Origin: an uncultured delta proteobacterium
Lineage (GTDB): Bacteria > Myxococcota_A > Polyangia > Haliangiales > Haliangiaceae
NCBI GenBank assembly: GCA_963848295.1
Contig: CAWKDB010000010.1
Location: forward strand, 2,528,001-2,592,000
Reading direction: 5' to 3'
DNA length: 64,000 bases
Part shown: in pieces, positions 41,465 to 53,008 of the stretch
How the letters are laid out: each line of letters begins with the position of its first letter
How positions within the stretch are numbered: position 1 is the stretch's first letter
The notes under the pieces: generated by a model
Database searches by the model: none
What the model saw: the letters and a program-made list of their open reading frames with translations, nothing else
What the model was told of the DNA's origin: nothing
Position numbers and translations under genes: made by a program

Positions 41465-42043
41465 ATGAGCTTCCGAGCGCTGATCGCACTCGCCATCCTG
41501 TCGTTGCCTGCCGTTGCACGGGCCGATGACGCGGCCCCCGCGGGCGCAGCGCCGGTCGAGATCGCAGCGCCCGCCCAGATCGCAGCACCCACCAAGGTCG
41601 AGAAGGGGCTGTTCCTTTCGATCGGCTTCGGGTACCTACCGGGAGGAATCGACGGCCCGGGCGACGCGGCCGCCGGCATCACGCAAGTTGGCTAGCGCAT
41701 CCGCGCGAACCGGATCGAGCTGCGGTTCTCCGGCGTCGCCGCGTACGAAGAGACCTATTACCAGACGTCGTTCCACGCGCTCGGGCTCGCACAGTTCTTC
41801 GACTACGCCGGAGAGGTCTACAGTTTCGGCGCCGGCGTCGGCCTCGGCAGCTACTCGCCGATCGGCGACTACAACGCTGACAACGGCACCTCCGCCGAGC
41901 TGTTGCTCGTCACGACGCCTGCGACGTTGCACGTCGGCCCCGGCCATCACATCGAGCTCGGGGTGGATGTCGGGGCGCTCTACCTGGTCGCGTTCAGCGA
42001 GACCGATCCGTTCTTCCAGCTGCGCGGCGGCTACGCATTCTGA
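41465..42043 (+). pseudogene. Outer-membrane beta-barrel gene with one in-frame TAG (41693-41695)
   Basis: Frame stays open after the TAG to 'FFQLRGGYAF' and TGA at 42043. Confidence 0.75.
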
Positions 42044-42062
42044 ATCGATCTATCGTGTAGCC

Positions 42063-43187
42063 ATGCGCTCGATCCTCGTCGTCTCGCTCGTTTGTGCGTT
42101 CCCGGCGTGGGCAGAGCCGAATCAGCAAGCGACCGACCTGCTCCGCAAAGGCCGGGCAGCCGAAGCCAAGGGGAAGCACGCCGACGCCGCGGCCGCACTC
42201 GAAGCCGCGGCGAAGCTCACACCCGAGGATCCGGCCGTGCTCGCCGAGCTCGGCTGGGTCGATTTCGAGCTCCACGATCTGACCGCGGCCGAGATGAACA
42301 CGCGCGGTGCGGTCGGGCGGCTGCCGCTCGTCACGGATGACCTGTTTCGCAACGACAAGACGAACGCGCTGCGCGGCGCCGCGCTCTACAACCTCGGCCA
42401 GATCCTCGAGGCCCGCGCGAACAAGGAGGGCGCGATCGTGGCCTACTCCGACTCGCTGAAGGCGCGAACGAACCCGGTGGTGTCGGCTCGGTTGCGCAAG
42501 CTCGATCCCGCCGCGGCCGATGCAGCCGATCCGCTCCGACCCACGGCCATGCAGGGTCCGTTCGCGTCGGTCGGCGAGTTCTGCAAGAAGGTAGCGGCAC
42601 CCGGTAGCTCGATCGGCGGCGACGACGCCGACTGCCGATGCGGTGAGGCGCTCGCGAACGAGGGCGCGAAGAAGCTGTCCCGCGGGTTCGATGACATCGC
42701 GGTGTTCCCGCGTCACGGTTGTGCCGACGGCGTCGATCAAGAGCTCGACGTCGCGGTCAAGCACGGCCGCAGTTGGTACGTCACGGCGGTCGGCACCGGC
42801 ACCGTGAACGACGGGAGCGGACACTGCGGTCAAGCGGAGTGGCACTTCGCCGGGGTCACGTTTCAGCCACTCGCGAGCGGCGGCGCGATCGCTCGGGTCG
42901 AGTACGCGACGTCGGGGTCGTGCAGCCACCTCGCCAACGAATGGGGCTGGGACAACCGCTCGGTCGTCGCGATCGGCATCGGCCCGTCGGACAAACCGTC
43001 CGCGACGCCGGACATCGCGGAGAAGCTCGTCGACACCGACGGCGGGACCACGACTCGCAAGCCCCAGGTCAACGACACGCTCGCGTGGTCCAAGGACGGA
43101 TCGCTCGTGATCACCGGGACGTTCGCGAACACCGGACTCGCGCTCGGCGGCGACCTGCGCGGCGCGCATCACCTCGTGTTTCCCTAA
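42063..43187 (+). CDS. Exported TPR protein
   Basis: Signal peptide 'AWA'; TPRs 'VLAELGWV', 'ALYNLGQI'. Confidence 0.8.
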   Translation: MRSILVVSLVCAFPAWAEPNQQATDLLRKGRAAEAKGKHADAAAALEAAAKLTPEDPAVLAELGWVDFELHDLTAAEMNTRGAVGRLPLVTDDLFRNDKTNALRGAALYNLGQILEARANKEGAIVAYSDSLKARTNPVVSARLRKLDPAAADAADPLRPTAMQGPFASVGEFCKKVAAPGSSIGGDDADCRCGEALANEGAKKLSRGFDDIAVFPRHGCADGVDQELDVAVKHGRSWYVTAVGTGTVNDGSGHCGQAEWHFAGVTFQPLASGGAIARVEYATSGSCSHLANEWGWDNRSVVAIGIGPSDKPSATPDIAEKLVDTDGGTTTRKPQVNDTLAWSKDGSLVITGTFANTGLALGGDLRGAHHLVFP

Positions 43188-44431
43188 GGCTTGTAGATCG
43201 CGGTGCTCGGTGGCTCTTTCGCGAGCGACACGCGCGTCGCTTCGACCCGGCCGAGGAACGCGAGGAAGTTCTCGCCGAGGATCTTCTTGATCTGCTCGTC
43301 GCTGTGACCACGGCGCAACAGCTCGTCGGTCAGCTTCGGCAACATCGAGACGTCGTCGAGCCCGATCGGCGGATCGGGGATGCCGTCGAAGTCGGTCCCG
43401 ATGCCGACCGCGTCGTCGCCGGCGATCTGGATGACGTGCTCGATGTGGTCGACGACCTTCGTCCAATCGGCGCGTGGCGGCGGCCCGAGCTTGTCCATCA
43501 GCGCGCGAAACTCTTTGAACAGCTTTGCCGGGTCCTTCGCATACTTCTTCTTGAGCACGAGATAGGCGGGCTTGACCTTCGCGAGCCGGGCTTGGAATTC
43601 GTCCCACACCTTCTGATCGACGAACGTCGATGCGACGTTGATCATGATGACCCCGCCCTTGGCGGCGATCCGCTTGATCTGATCGTCGGTGAGGTTGCGC
43701 GGCATGTTTGTCAACGCGCGACACGACGAGTGCGATGCGAGCACCGGCGCGCGAGAGACCTCGAGCACCGCATCGACGGTCGCATCCGACGTGTGCGAGA
43801 TGTCCACGATCATCCCGAGCCGATTCATCTCCTTGACGACCTCGCGGCCGAACTCGGTGAGGCCTTTGTGCTCGACGTACGACTTCGGATCGAAGTCGGG
43901 CAACATGTAGAACCCCGACGAATCGGCCCAGTGGTTCGTGTTGACGTGGGTGAGCGTCATGTAGCGGACGCCGGCGCGATACATCTCGCGCAGGACTCCG
44001 AGCGAGTCCTCGATCGCGTGGCCACCCTCGATCCCCATCAATACGGCGATCTTGCCGGCCTTCTTCGCCGCGCGAATGTCGGCGGCGGTCGTCGCGAGCA
44101 CCATGTCGTTCGGATGGGCCGCGACGACTCGACGCGTGAGGTCGATGAGCTCGAGCGCTCGCCGAGCGGCCCCGTGATTCGCGAACGTCGGCGAGACGAA
44201 GATCGCAAAGAACGCCGCGGTCAGCCCGCCTTCTTTCGCGCGCGGCAAGTCGAAGTGAGGAGTCGCGCCACGAGTCGCCACGTCGGCCCATTTATCGGAC
44301 AGCGCATCGGGAACGTCCTCGTGGGTGTCGATGACGATTGCCGCCTGATGCAGCTTCTTTGCGCGCGCTGCCAGATCGTCCGCACGAGCGGTGGCGGCGA
44401 GACAGGCGACCAGGCACGCGATTCGGAGCAT
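43184..44431 (-). CDS. Membrane dipeptidase (M19 family)
   Basis: 'IDTHED', 'GIEGG', 'VDISH', 'ASHS', 'GTDFDG'. Confidence 0.95.
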   Translation of the reverse strand: MLRIACLVACLAATARADDLAARAKKLHQAAIVIDTHEDVPDALSDKWADVATRGATPHFDLPRAKEGGLTAAFFAIFVSPTFANHGAARRALELIDLTRRVVAAHPNDMVLATTAADIRAAKKAGKIAVLMGIEGGHAIEDSLGVLREMYRAGVRYMTLTHVNTNHWADSSGFYMLPDFDPKSYVEHKGLTEFGREVVKEMNRLGMIVDISHTSDATVDAVLEVSRAPVLASHSSCRALTNMPRNLTDDQIKRIAAKGGVIMINVASTFVDQKVWDEFQARLAKVKPAYLVLKKKYAKDPAKLFKEFRALMDKLGPPPRADWTKVVDHIEHVIQIAGDDAVGIGTDFDGIPDPPIGLDDVSMLPKLTDELLRRGHSDEQIKKILGENFLAFLGRVEATRVSLAKEPPSTAIYKP

Positions 44432-44509
44432 CGGCCGGGAGCCTACCAGGCATGACCGAGCTCTGCCGTTGCTCCGGGGCGTACGGATGGTGCATGGTCG
44501 CGGACCGTC

Positions 44510-44785
44510 ATGACCAAGATCGCGATCGCATTCACCTTCGCCCTCACGTTCGGCTGTACGACGAAGCTCCCCGCCGGCGCAGAATGCACCGAGTCGTCGG
44601 CGTGCGAATCCGGGCTGAGCTGCCTCGATGTCGCGCAGGTCACCGGGACGTCGTGCACGGTCGTCGGCATGGCGTGCTCGATGGTGTGCGCCGGCGACGG
44701 CGATTGCGCATCACTCGGCTCCAACTTCAAGTGCTTCGCCGGCTGTGGCTCCGATATGACCTGCGGTGAGGTCGGCACGCCCTGA
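44510..44785 (+). CDS. Small Cys-rich lipoprotein
   Basis: Lipobox 'TFGC'; many Cys. Confidence 0.7.
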   Translation: MTKIAIAFTFALTFGCTTKLPAGAECTESSACESGLSCLDVAQVTGTSCTVVGMACSMVCAGDGDCASLGSNFKCFAGCGSDMTCGEVGTP

Positions 44786-44811
44786 CTCGAGCGTCACAAC
44801 CGCCCTGCGAC

Positions 44812-46365
44812 ATGCGAACATGTCCGGGTGCGGTGCCCTCCGTTGTTCGCGACGTGGGTGGGCTGCTACCCCTCGCCGTGACGACCGACGCGACGCCACC
44901 GACGCACCACGACCGCATCGTCGGGTGGATCAAGAACGGCCTGATGGTCGCGATGTTCGGGGTGATGTTCTTCGCGATCGATCGGTTGCTGCGCGCGTAC
45001 AGCTACGCCGAGATCGTCGCCGCACTGACGCGGATCTCGCCCGCGTTGATCGTCACCGCGATCGGAGTGCTCGTCGTCCAGCACGGCTGCCTCGTCATCC
45101 GCGAGTGGCTCGCGGTCGGCTACGCCGGCAAGTCCGACGTCGGGCTCGGCCGGATCGCCATGGCGTCGATCGTGACGCGGTCGCTCGGCTCGCTCGGGTT
45201 CGCGTCGATCACCGGCGTCGGCTTGCGGCTGCACATCTATTCTGGCTGGGGCCTGACGTCGAGTGATGTCGCGGAGATCTCGATCTACGACAGCACGGTC
45301 TTCCTCGTCGGCATCGCGTCGCAGTTCGCGCTGACGTTCACGGTGCTGCCGGTTCCCGTGATGCTCGAGCATTCGCTCGGAGTCGCCGGCGTCCGGTTGA
45401 TCGGAGGGCTCGCCGTAGTGCTCCTCGGCGCTTACCTGTTGTGGACGCGGCGCGGCCACGAGCTGCACATCCGCAAGTTCGTGATCCCGGTCCCGAACGC
45501 CAAGCAGCTCGCGGGCCAGATCTTGCTGCCGATCGCCGATCTCGCGCTGACCGCGTTGATCGTCGAGCTCTGCCTGCCCGGCGGACTGGCCCTGACCTAC
45601 TTCGACGTGATGGTCGCTTGCGTCGTCGCGAGCATCGCGAGCTCGATCACCCAGGTTCCGGCGGGCATCGGCGTGCTCGAAGCCACGATGCTGTTGTTCA
45701 TCGACAAGCCCGATGTCGCGCCGTCGGTGATCGCCGGACTCTTCGTGTGGCGCCTGATCACGAATCTGCTGCCGATCGCGGTCGGCGCGGTCTTGCTCGT
45801 GATGATGGAGGTGCGGCGCCGGCCGTCGGTGGCGCGCCCGCCGTTCCATGCCGAGGCGACGGCGACGATGCTCGCCGCGCTGATGTTCCTCGCCGGTGCA
45901 GTCGTGATGATCGTGTCGGCGTCGCCGCTGGGCGACCGGCTCGGAAACCTCGGCCAGGTGCTCGCCGTCGCCGCCGGCAGCGGCATGCTGTTCGTCGCGC
46001 GTGGCTTGCAGCGCCGAACACGGATGTCGTGGTGGATCGCGCTCGGCTTGCTCGTGATGCGCGTGGCGATCGGGCTCGCGATCCAGCCGGCGCTCTACGT
46101 GATCATCGTGCTCGTCGTGGTCGGCGCGCTGCTCGTGCTGAGCCGTTCGGTGTTCACCGCCGATACGCACTTCCTCGATGCGTCGCCGCGCTGGTGGATC
46201 GCCTCGGCGACCGTGCTGGTCGCGACGATCTGGATCGCGTTCGTGGCGAGTGGCCGCGTGATCACGGCCGGCATCGATGCGGACGTCCTCGCGATCGTCG
46301 GTGTCGCGGTGCTCGCGACTGCTAGCGCGGTGACCAGCTTCGTTCGTCGTCGGCGCAAGCGCTAA
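44812..46365 (+). CDS. MprF-like membrane (flippase) domain without the synthase domain
   Basis: LPG-synthase-TM-like 'QVPAGIGVLEA', 'LFVARGLQRR'; start uncertain (possibly GTG 44878). Confidence 0.75.
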   Translation: MRTCPGAVPSVVRDVGGLLPLAVTTDATPPTHHDRIVGWIKNGLMVAMFGVMFFAIDRLLRAYSYAEIVAALTRISPALIVTAIGVLVVQHGCLVIREWLAVGYAGKSDVGLGRIAMASIVTRSLGSLGFASITGVGLRLHIYSGWGLTSSDVAEISIYDSTVFLVGIASQFALTFTVLPVPVMLEHSLGVAGVRLIGGLAVVLLGAYLLWTRRGHELHIRKFVIPVPNAKQLAGQILLPIADLALTALIVELCLPGGLALTYFDVMVACVVASIASSITQVPAGIGVLEATMLLFIDKPDVAPSVIAGLFVWRLITNLLPIAVGAVLLVMMEVRRRPSVARPPFHAEATATMLAALMFLAGAVVMIVSASPLGDRLGNLGQVLAVAAGSGMLFVARGLQRRTRMSWWIALGLLVMRVAIGLAIQPALYVIIVLVVVGALLVLSRSVFTADTHFLDASPRWWIASATVLVATIWIAFVASGRVITAGIDADVLAIVGVAVLATASAVTSFVRRRRKR

Positions 46366-48470
46366 TCGCGGGAGCCATGCGGCGCCGGGTAGAGCTCGAG
46401 CCCGAGATACTTCGCGAAGAACGCGATCAGCTCGGTGTCCTGCTCGAGCTCTTGCGACTTCAGGCCGCCGCCGCCGTGCCCGGACTCGGTCTCGACCCGC
46501 ATCAAGATCGGCGCGGGTCCGGCCTGGGCCGCTTGCAGCGCCGCGCCGAACTTGTACGAGTGCAGCGGCGCGACGCGGACATCGTGGTCGGAGGTCACGA
46601 CGAACATCGCGGGATAGTAGGTACCCGCGCGGACGTTGTGCAGCGGCGAAATCTTGCGGAGGTATGCCGCTTCGGCCGGAACATCGGGGTGACCGAGGTC
46701 GGCTTGCCAGCCCGCGCCTTGACCGAACAGATGGAACCGCAACAGGTCGAGCACGCCAGCGATCGGCGCGACCGCACCGAACAGATCCGGCCGCTGGACG
46801 ACGACCGCGCCGACGAGCAGTCCGCCGCCCGACGCACCGTACGCCCCGAGGTGAGCCGCCGAGGTCCAGTGATGCGCGATCAGCCATTCCGCCGCCGCGA
46901 CGAAGTCGTCGATCTTGACCTGCTCGTGCTCGCGCCATGCGGCGTGATGCCAGGCGTCGCCGTATTCGCCGCCACCGCGCACGTTCACGGTGACCGCGAC
47001 GCCGCCACTCTCGAGCCACGCGATGACCTCGGGATCGAACGCAGGCGTCAGCGACACGCCGCCGAAGCCATAGCCGGTCATGATCGTCGAGTGCGTGCCG
47101 TCGAGCACGATGCCGCGCTTCGCGGTGATGAACATGGGCACCTTCGTGCCGTCGACGCTCTCGAAGAACACCTGCTGGGTCTCGAACGCCGATTCGTCGA
47201 GGCCCGGCGGCATGCGGCGCCAAGGCGTGCTCTTGCCGGTCGCGAGGTCGAGGTCGTAGGTCGCGCCGCGCGTCGTGAAGCTCGTGTAGTAGTAGAACGC
47301 GTCGCGATCGCCGGGACCGCCGGTCAGCGCGTAGACCGCCCCGAGCCCGGGCAGTGCGATGTCGTGCAGCTTGGCGCCGTTCGGATCGTACGCGGTGAGC
47401 GCCGAGTGGGCGTCGCGGAGCTCGACCACCACGAGCTCGCCGCCGACGAGCTCGGCGGAAGCGATCGCGCGCTTGCCCTCGGGCACGATGTCGCGCCACG
47501 TCCCGGGGGTTGCAACGTCGATGGCCGTGATCTTCTTGTTCGGTGCGTGGTCGTTGGTCTCGAAGTAGAGCTGCGAGCCGACATTGCCGACGAACACATA
47601 CTCCGCGGTGTAAGCGGGGACGAGCGGCACGATCGCGGCACCGGGCGCGCCGAGATCTTGAACCGCGACTTGCTCGAGGCTGCTGTCGCCGACCTCGCCG
47701 TCGCCGATCTCGATCACGAGGTACTTGCCGTCGAGCGTGACGTGGGGCTCGAACTGCCAGGTCGGCTGATCCGGACGCTCGTAGACCACGCGGTCGTCGG
47801 TCACCGGCGTCCCGAGCTCGTGCAAGTACAGCTTGCAGTCGTGGTCTGGCTCGGTGAGCTCCTTGCCCTTCGCCGGCTCCGGGAACCGGCTGTAGTAGAT
47901 GCCGGTGTGGTCGGCGGTGAACGCCGGCGAATAGTACTTGATGTTCGCGAGCTCGTCGGGGAGATCCTTGCCGGTCGCGACATCGCGCACGCGCCACCGC
48001 GTCCAGTCGCCGCCGCCCGATGACAAGCCGTACGCGATCAACGCGCCGTCTTGGCTCGGGATCCACCCGGCGAGCTGCAAGCTGCCATCTCGCGCGAACT
48101 CGCTCGGATCGAGCAACGTCTTCGCGGTGCCGTCGCTGCTCGCCGCGACCTGGATCGTCGGCTGATCGGCGTTGGCCTCGCGCCGGGTCCAGAAGTAGCG
48201 GTCGCCGCGGTGCACCGGCACGAACGAGACGTCGTGGCTCAGCAGCTCGCCGAGCCGGCGGTGCAAGGCGTCCTTGCCGGGGACGTCCGCGAGCGCCGCC
48301 GTGGTCAGCTTGTTCTCGGCGGCGACCCACGCCTGGGTCTGGGGCGATGCCATGTCCTCGAGCCAGCGATAGGGATCGTCGACGAGCTTGCCGCGCGGTG
48401 CCGGCGGAAACGCCGGGTGACTGACGGTGGCCGAGCAACCGATGAGGATGGCGAACCAGGCCGCGCGCAT
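46362..48470 (-). CDS. Prolyl oligopeptidase (S9A)
   Basis: 'DPYRWLE', 'NVRGGGEYG', 'GASGGG', 'DHDVRV', 'GHG'. Confidence 0.95.
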   Translation of the reverse strand: MRAAWFAILIGCSATVSHPAFPPAPRGKLVDDPYRWLEDMASPQTQAWVAAENKLTTAALADVPGKDALHRRLGELLSHDVSFVPVHRGDRYFWTRREANADQPTIQVAASSDGTAKTLLDPSEFARDGSLQLAGWIPSQDGALIAYGLSSGGGDWTRWRVRDVATGKDLPDELANIKYYSPAFTADHTGIYYSRFPEPAKGKELTEPDHDCKLYLHELGTPVTDDRVVYERPDQPTWQFEPHVTLDGKYLVIEIGDGEVGDSSLEQVAVQDLGAPGAAIVPLVPAYTAEYVFVGNVGSQLYFETNDHAPNKKITAIDVATPGTWRDIVPEGKRAIASAELVGGELVVVELRDAHSALTAYDPNGAKLHDIALPGLGAVYALTGGPGDRDAFYYYTSFTTRGATYDLDLATGKSTPWRRMPPGLDESAFETQQVFFESVDGTKVPMFITAKRGIVLDGTHSTIMTGYGFGGVSLTPAFDPEVIAWLESGGVAVTVNVRGGGEYGDAWHHAAWREHEQVKIDDFVAAAEWLIAHHWTSAAHLGAYGASGGGLLVGAVVVQRPDLFGAVAPIAGVLDLLRFHLFGQGAGWQADLGHPDVPAEAAYLRKISPLHNVRAGTYYPAMFVVTSDHDVRVAPLHSYKFGAALQAAQAGPAPILMRVETESGHGGGGLKSQELEQDTELIAFFAKYLGLELYPAPHGSRD

Positions 48471-48575
48471 GCGTGCACGATAACCGGGTTATCGACGCGG
48501 CCGGCGGTTGTTGCATCGCCGCGACGCGGTGTTTCGTTGGTGACGCCGAGCGCGGACCGTGCTTGCATCCGGGCC

Positions 48576-49538
48576 ATGCGACTCGCCGCCGCTCTCGCAC
48601 TCGCGACGGTGGTCACGCGCGCCACGGGTGTAGCCGCCGGGGACGCAGCCGCACCCGCGAGCGATGCCGAGCCGATCCAGCTCGCGTACTCGGCGCCCGA
48701 CGGCTGCCCCGACGACGGCGCGTTCTTCGCGCAGCTGCAGCACCGCGCGCGGGCGATCCGCGTCACCGACCCGAGCGCGCGATCGTTTCGCGTCGAGATC
48801 ACCGCGGACGGCGACGGCTTTCGCGGCCGGCTCGAGGTCAGCGCGGTCGATGGCGCTACGACGACGCGCGACGTGCACGGCGCGACCTGCGTCGAGACGG
48901 TCTCCGCCTTGGCGTTGATCAGTGCGCTCGCGCTCGACGATCGGGGCAGCGCCGCCGCAGGACGGCGCGGTTCCATCGAAGACCGCGCCGGGGTCGCTCG
49001 CGTCACGACGTCGGAAGCGCGCCAGGTTCGACCGTTGCACCTAGCGCTCGGCACCGGCGTCGAGGTCGACGGTGGCATCGCGCCCGCCGGGATCTACACG
49101 GTCGGCGCGTTCGCGGCGCTGCGCCGGACGAACGGCTGGCAGCTCCGCCTCGGCTTCGCGCGCAGTGCCCGCAGCGATGTCACGATGCCCGAGGGCGACG
49201 CGAGCTTTCGTTGGACGATCGCGACGCTCGATGCCTGCCCGCTCGCGTTCACGATCGGGCGCTGGTCGGCGGCGCCGTGCGCCGGTGTCCAAGGCGGAGT
49301 GTTGACCGCGATCGGCAGCGACGTCGGGATGGCGTCGAACGCCGACCGGCCGTGGCTGGCGCCCGATGCGACGGTGCGCCTGCGCGTCGCGATCGGCCGG
49401 TTCGCAGTCGAGCTCGCCGGCATGGTCGCCGCGCCGTTGATCCGCGATCGGTTCTATATCGCGCCCTCGACGACGGTCGATCACGTCCCGCCGGTGACCG
49501 CAGGTGCCCAACTCGCGCTGTCGGTGGATTTGCTGTGA
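48576..49538 (+). CDS. Exported hypothetical protein of the ECF operon, beta-rich C-terminus
   Basis: Signal peptide; 'APDGCPD'; amphipathic strands. Confidence 0.7.
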   Translation: MRLAAALALATVVTRATGVAAGDAAAPASDAEPIQLAYSAPDGCPDDGAFFAQLQHRARAIRVTDPSARSFRVEITADGDGFRGRLEVSAVDGATTTRDVHGATCVETVSALALISALALDDRGSAAAGRRGSIEDRAGVARVTTSEARQVRPLHLALGTGVEVDGGIAPAGIYTVGAFAALRRTNGWQLRLGFARSARSDVTMPEGDASFRWTIATLDACPLAFTIGRWSAAPCAGVQGGVLTAIGSDVGMASNADRPWLAPDATVRLRVAIGRFAVELAGMVAAPLIRDRFYIAPSTTVDHVPPVTAGAQLALSVDLL

Positions 49539-49591
49539 CCGCGCGGACGGTTAGCGATTCGCGTGATCAATTCCTCGCGCCGTTGCCATTC

Positions 49592-50277
49592 ATGAACGAT
49601 GGCGAGGCCAGCGGTCACCAACGCGCGCAAGCCGTGCCCCGAACGATCTCGAGCGAGCCGATCGAACCGCACCGCTCTTCGGTGCGGCCGGCCGGGGGCG
49701 AGCTCGGTCTGGTCGAGCCCGCGGCGCCGTCGCGTCTCGCGACAGGGACCGGATCGCCGGCGAGCGTGCCAGCGACGGCGGAGCTGAGGCTACGCCACAT
49801 GTTCGACGCGAATGTCGACTTTGTATGGCGCTCGCTGCGGCGGCTCGGCGTGCCACCGCTCACCGTCGACGACGCGGTCCAGGAAGTGTTCATCGTCGCG
49901 AATCGGCGAATCGCGGACATCGAGCTCGGACGCGAGCGGTCGTTCCTGTTCGCGACCGCGCTGCGCATCGCGTCGGAGCAGCGGCGGCGGGTTCGCCACC
50001 GCGAGCTCGTCGACGAGGTGGCGATCGCCGACGCCGCCGACGCGGCGCCGACACCCGACGAGGTCGCGGATCAGCAGCGCCGACGACAAGTGCTCGATCG
50101 CGTGCTCGCGAGCCTCGAGCTGGACGTGCGGGCGGTGTTCGTGCTCTACGAGCTAGAAGAAATGACGATGGCCGATATCGCCGTGACCCTCGATCTGCCG
50201 CCCGGGACGGTCGCCTCGCGACTGCGCCGCGGTCGCGACGAGTTTCAGGCGGCGGTCGCCCGGCTGCGGAGGGCGCC

Positions 50278-50281
<4 letters not shown>
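49592..50281 (+). CDS. ECF RNA polymerase sigma factor
   Basis: 'FVWRSLRRLGV...DDAVQEVF', 'GTVASRLRRGR'. Confidence 0.93.
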
Positions 50282-51245
<964 letters not shown>

Positions 51246-51249
<4 letters not shown>

Positions 51250-51809
51250 TCCGGATCGTCGCGGCGCTCGTGTGCGGCGCAGTCGCGTGCGGCAACGACA
51301 TTCGCCTCGGCACCGCGATCGATGCGGCGACGATCGATGTCCCGATCGATGGCAACGGCAATCCGTTCGCCGCGGGCTCTTACGCGGTCCAGTTCCTCGA
51401 TCCAGCGGTCGCCGACTGTACCGGTACGCTCGCCGGCAGCGAGAACGACTTCATGGGGCTGACCGCCGCGAGTGTCGGATACATCGGTGGCACCGTGATG
51501 CTCGCCACACCGACCGCGACGACCTTGGTAGTCACCGGCGCGCCGATCACCTCCGGCTGGGGCGAGACCGAGCTCGATCTGCTCGCGAACCAACCGGGCG
51601 CACCAATGGGCTTCTGGATCTCGCAGACCACCGCGATCGCGACCGCCGGGCCCGACAGCACCACGCGAGCCGTGAATCTGCTCGCCGCCGACAGCACGAC
51701 CGCGAGCTCGGCGAGCGGAATTCAGGGCGAGGCGGGCGCGGCCTATACGACCGCCGACACCAGCGGCACGTGCAGCGTGACGTTCGGCGCACTGCTGACC
51801 GAACAATAA
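51246..51809 (+). CDS. Lipoprotein
   Basis: Lipobox 'AVAC'; similar to the C-terminal domain of the next gene. Confidence 0.75.
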
Positions 51810-51877
51810 TTCGCGTCGCGTCGATTTGCTGATCAGACCGCGCGGCTCACCGCCATCTCTCGGCAAGCAAAGAGGAG

Positions 51878-53008
51878 ATGGCAATGAAGATTCAAATGAC
51901 GGCGTTGGCGATCACCCTCGCCGCAGCGTGCACCAGCGACACGACAAAAGATCCGGGCAACCAGACCGTGACGTTGCCGCCAGGAGGTGGCATTCCGACG
52001 ATCCATCGCGCGCCGCAAGGCATGGGCAGCGCTCCGCAGCTGTTCGACGGCGGCGGCTCGTTCACGTTCACCGGTCCGACCGCACCCGGCAACGCGACGT
52101 ACACCAACGCGCCGGTCGCCGATACGAGTCAGATGATGAGCCCCGCGACCGGGACCGGCTCGGTCGACGTCACGATCAGCGGCACCGAGTACGCCTCGAC
52201 CGCGCTCGAGACCATCGGGTTCGTGATGGCCGATGACTCGGGCACGAACTACGCGGTCGTCGACGGCGCCTATCCGTACGCCGGCCCGGGTGGCACCGAG
52301 CTCATGACCGAGGTCACCGTGATCGTGCTCGCGTCCGACTTCGCGATCGGTGTGCCGATCGCACTCGATGGCGTCGATCGCGTGGCGCTGTTCGCGAACG
52401 GCGACCCCGACGCGGAACAGCCGACGGTCGAGGGCGCGGCGATCTCTGGAACGGTGACGTTCACCGCCGGATCACTCGCGACCGGCAGCCAGCTGTCGGC
52501 GACGATCACCGGCGACTTCGGGCCGATCGACTTCACAGGCGGTGGTGGCGGTGGCGGCGGCTCCGACTCGAGCTCGATCACGCCGGGCAACTACACGCTC
52601 GCGGTCACCGGCCCGTCGCAGGTCTACTGCGAAGGCGCGCTCGTCGGTCACGAAGCCGATTTCGCCGGGATCACGCAGGCGAGCCTCGGCCTGGTCGGCG
52701 GCTCGGTCGCGGTCGCGACGCCGTCGCTCGATGCGGTCACGGTCGCCGGCGGGGCGATCTCGTCGTCGTTCGGAGCGCCGTCGCTGGAGCTCGATGACAA
52801 CGTCGGCCAGCCCGGACTGTTCGCTGGCTTCACGAACACGACCGGCGCGGGCCCGGATGGCACGTCGTTCGTCGGCGAATACCTCGTGATCGATGCTTCG
52901 ACCGCGACCTCGAGCTTCATCAACGGCGGCGTCGGGGCCGGCTACGTCGCAGCCGACGGATCGAGTGACTGTACGGTCGCGTTCGGAGCGAGCCTGACGA
53001 ACCCTTAA
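51878..53008 (+). CDS. Lipoprotein with two beta-rich domains
   Basis: SD AGGAG; lipobox 'AAAC'; poly-Gly linker. Confidence 0.8.
   Translation: MAMKIQMTALAITLAAACTSDTTKDPGNQTVTLPPGGGIPTIHRAPQGMGSAPQLFDGGGSFTFTGPTAPGNATYTNAPVADTSQMMSPATGTGSVDVTISGTEYASTALETIGFVMADDSGTNYAVVDGAYPYAGPGGTELMTEVTVIVLASDFAIGVPIALDGVDRVALFANGDPDAEQPTVEGAAISGTVTFTAGSLATGSQLSATITGDFGPIDFTGGGGGGGGSDSSSITPGNYTLAVTGPSQVYCEGALVGHEADFAGITQASLGLVGGSVAVATPSLDAVTVAGGAISSSFGAPSLELDDNVGQPGLFAGFTNTTGAGPDGTSFVGEYLVIDASTATSSFINGGVGAGYVAADGSSDCTVAFGASLTNP

Noticed and set aside
41693..41695. Pyrrolysine or programmed amber readthrough
   Set aside because: No pyl genes in the window and TAG ends many other genes here; a point mutation is simpler
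44866..48600. 1244-aa minus-strand ORF and similar long Arg/Ala-rich ORFs (21889-23994, 41994-44291, 31821-33380)
   Set aside because: Shadow frames of real genes in high-GC DNA; no recognisable motifs
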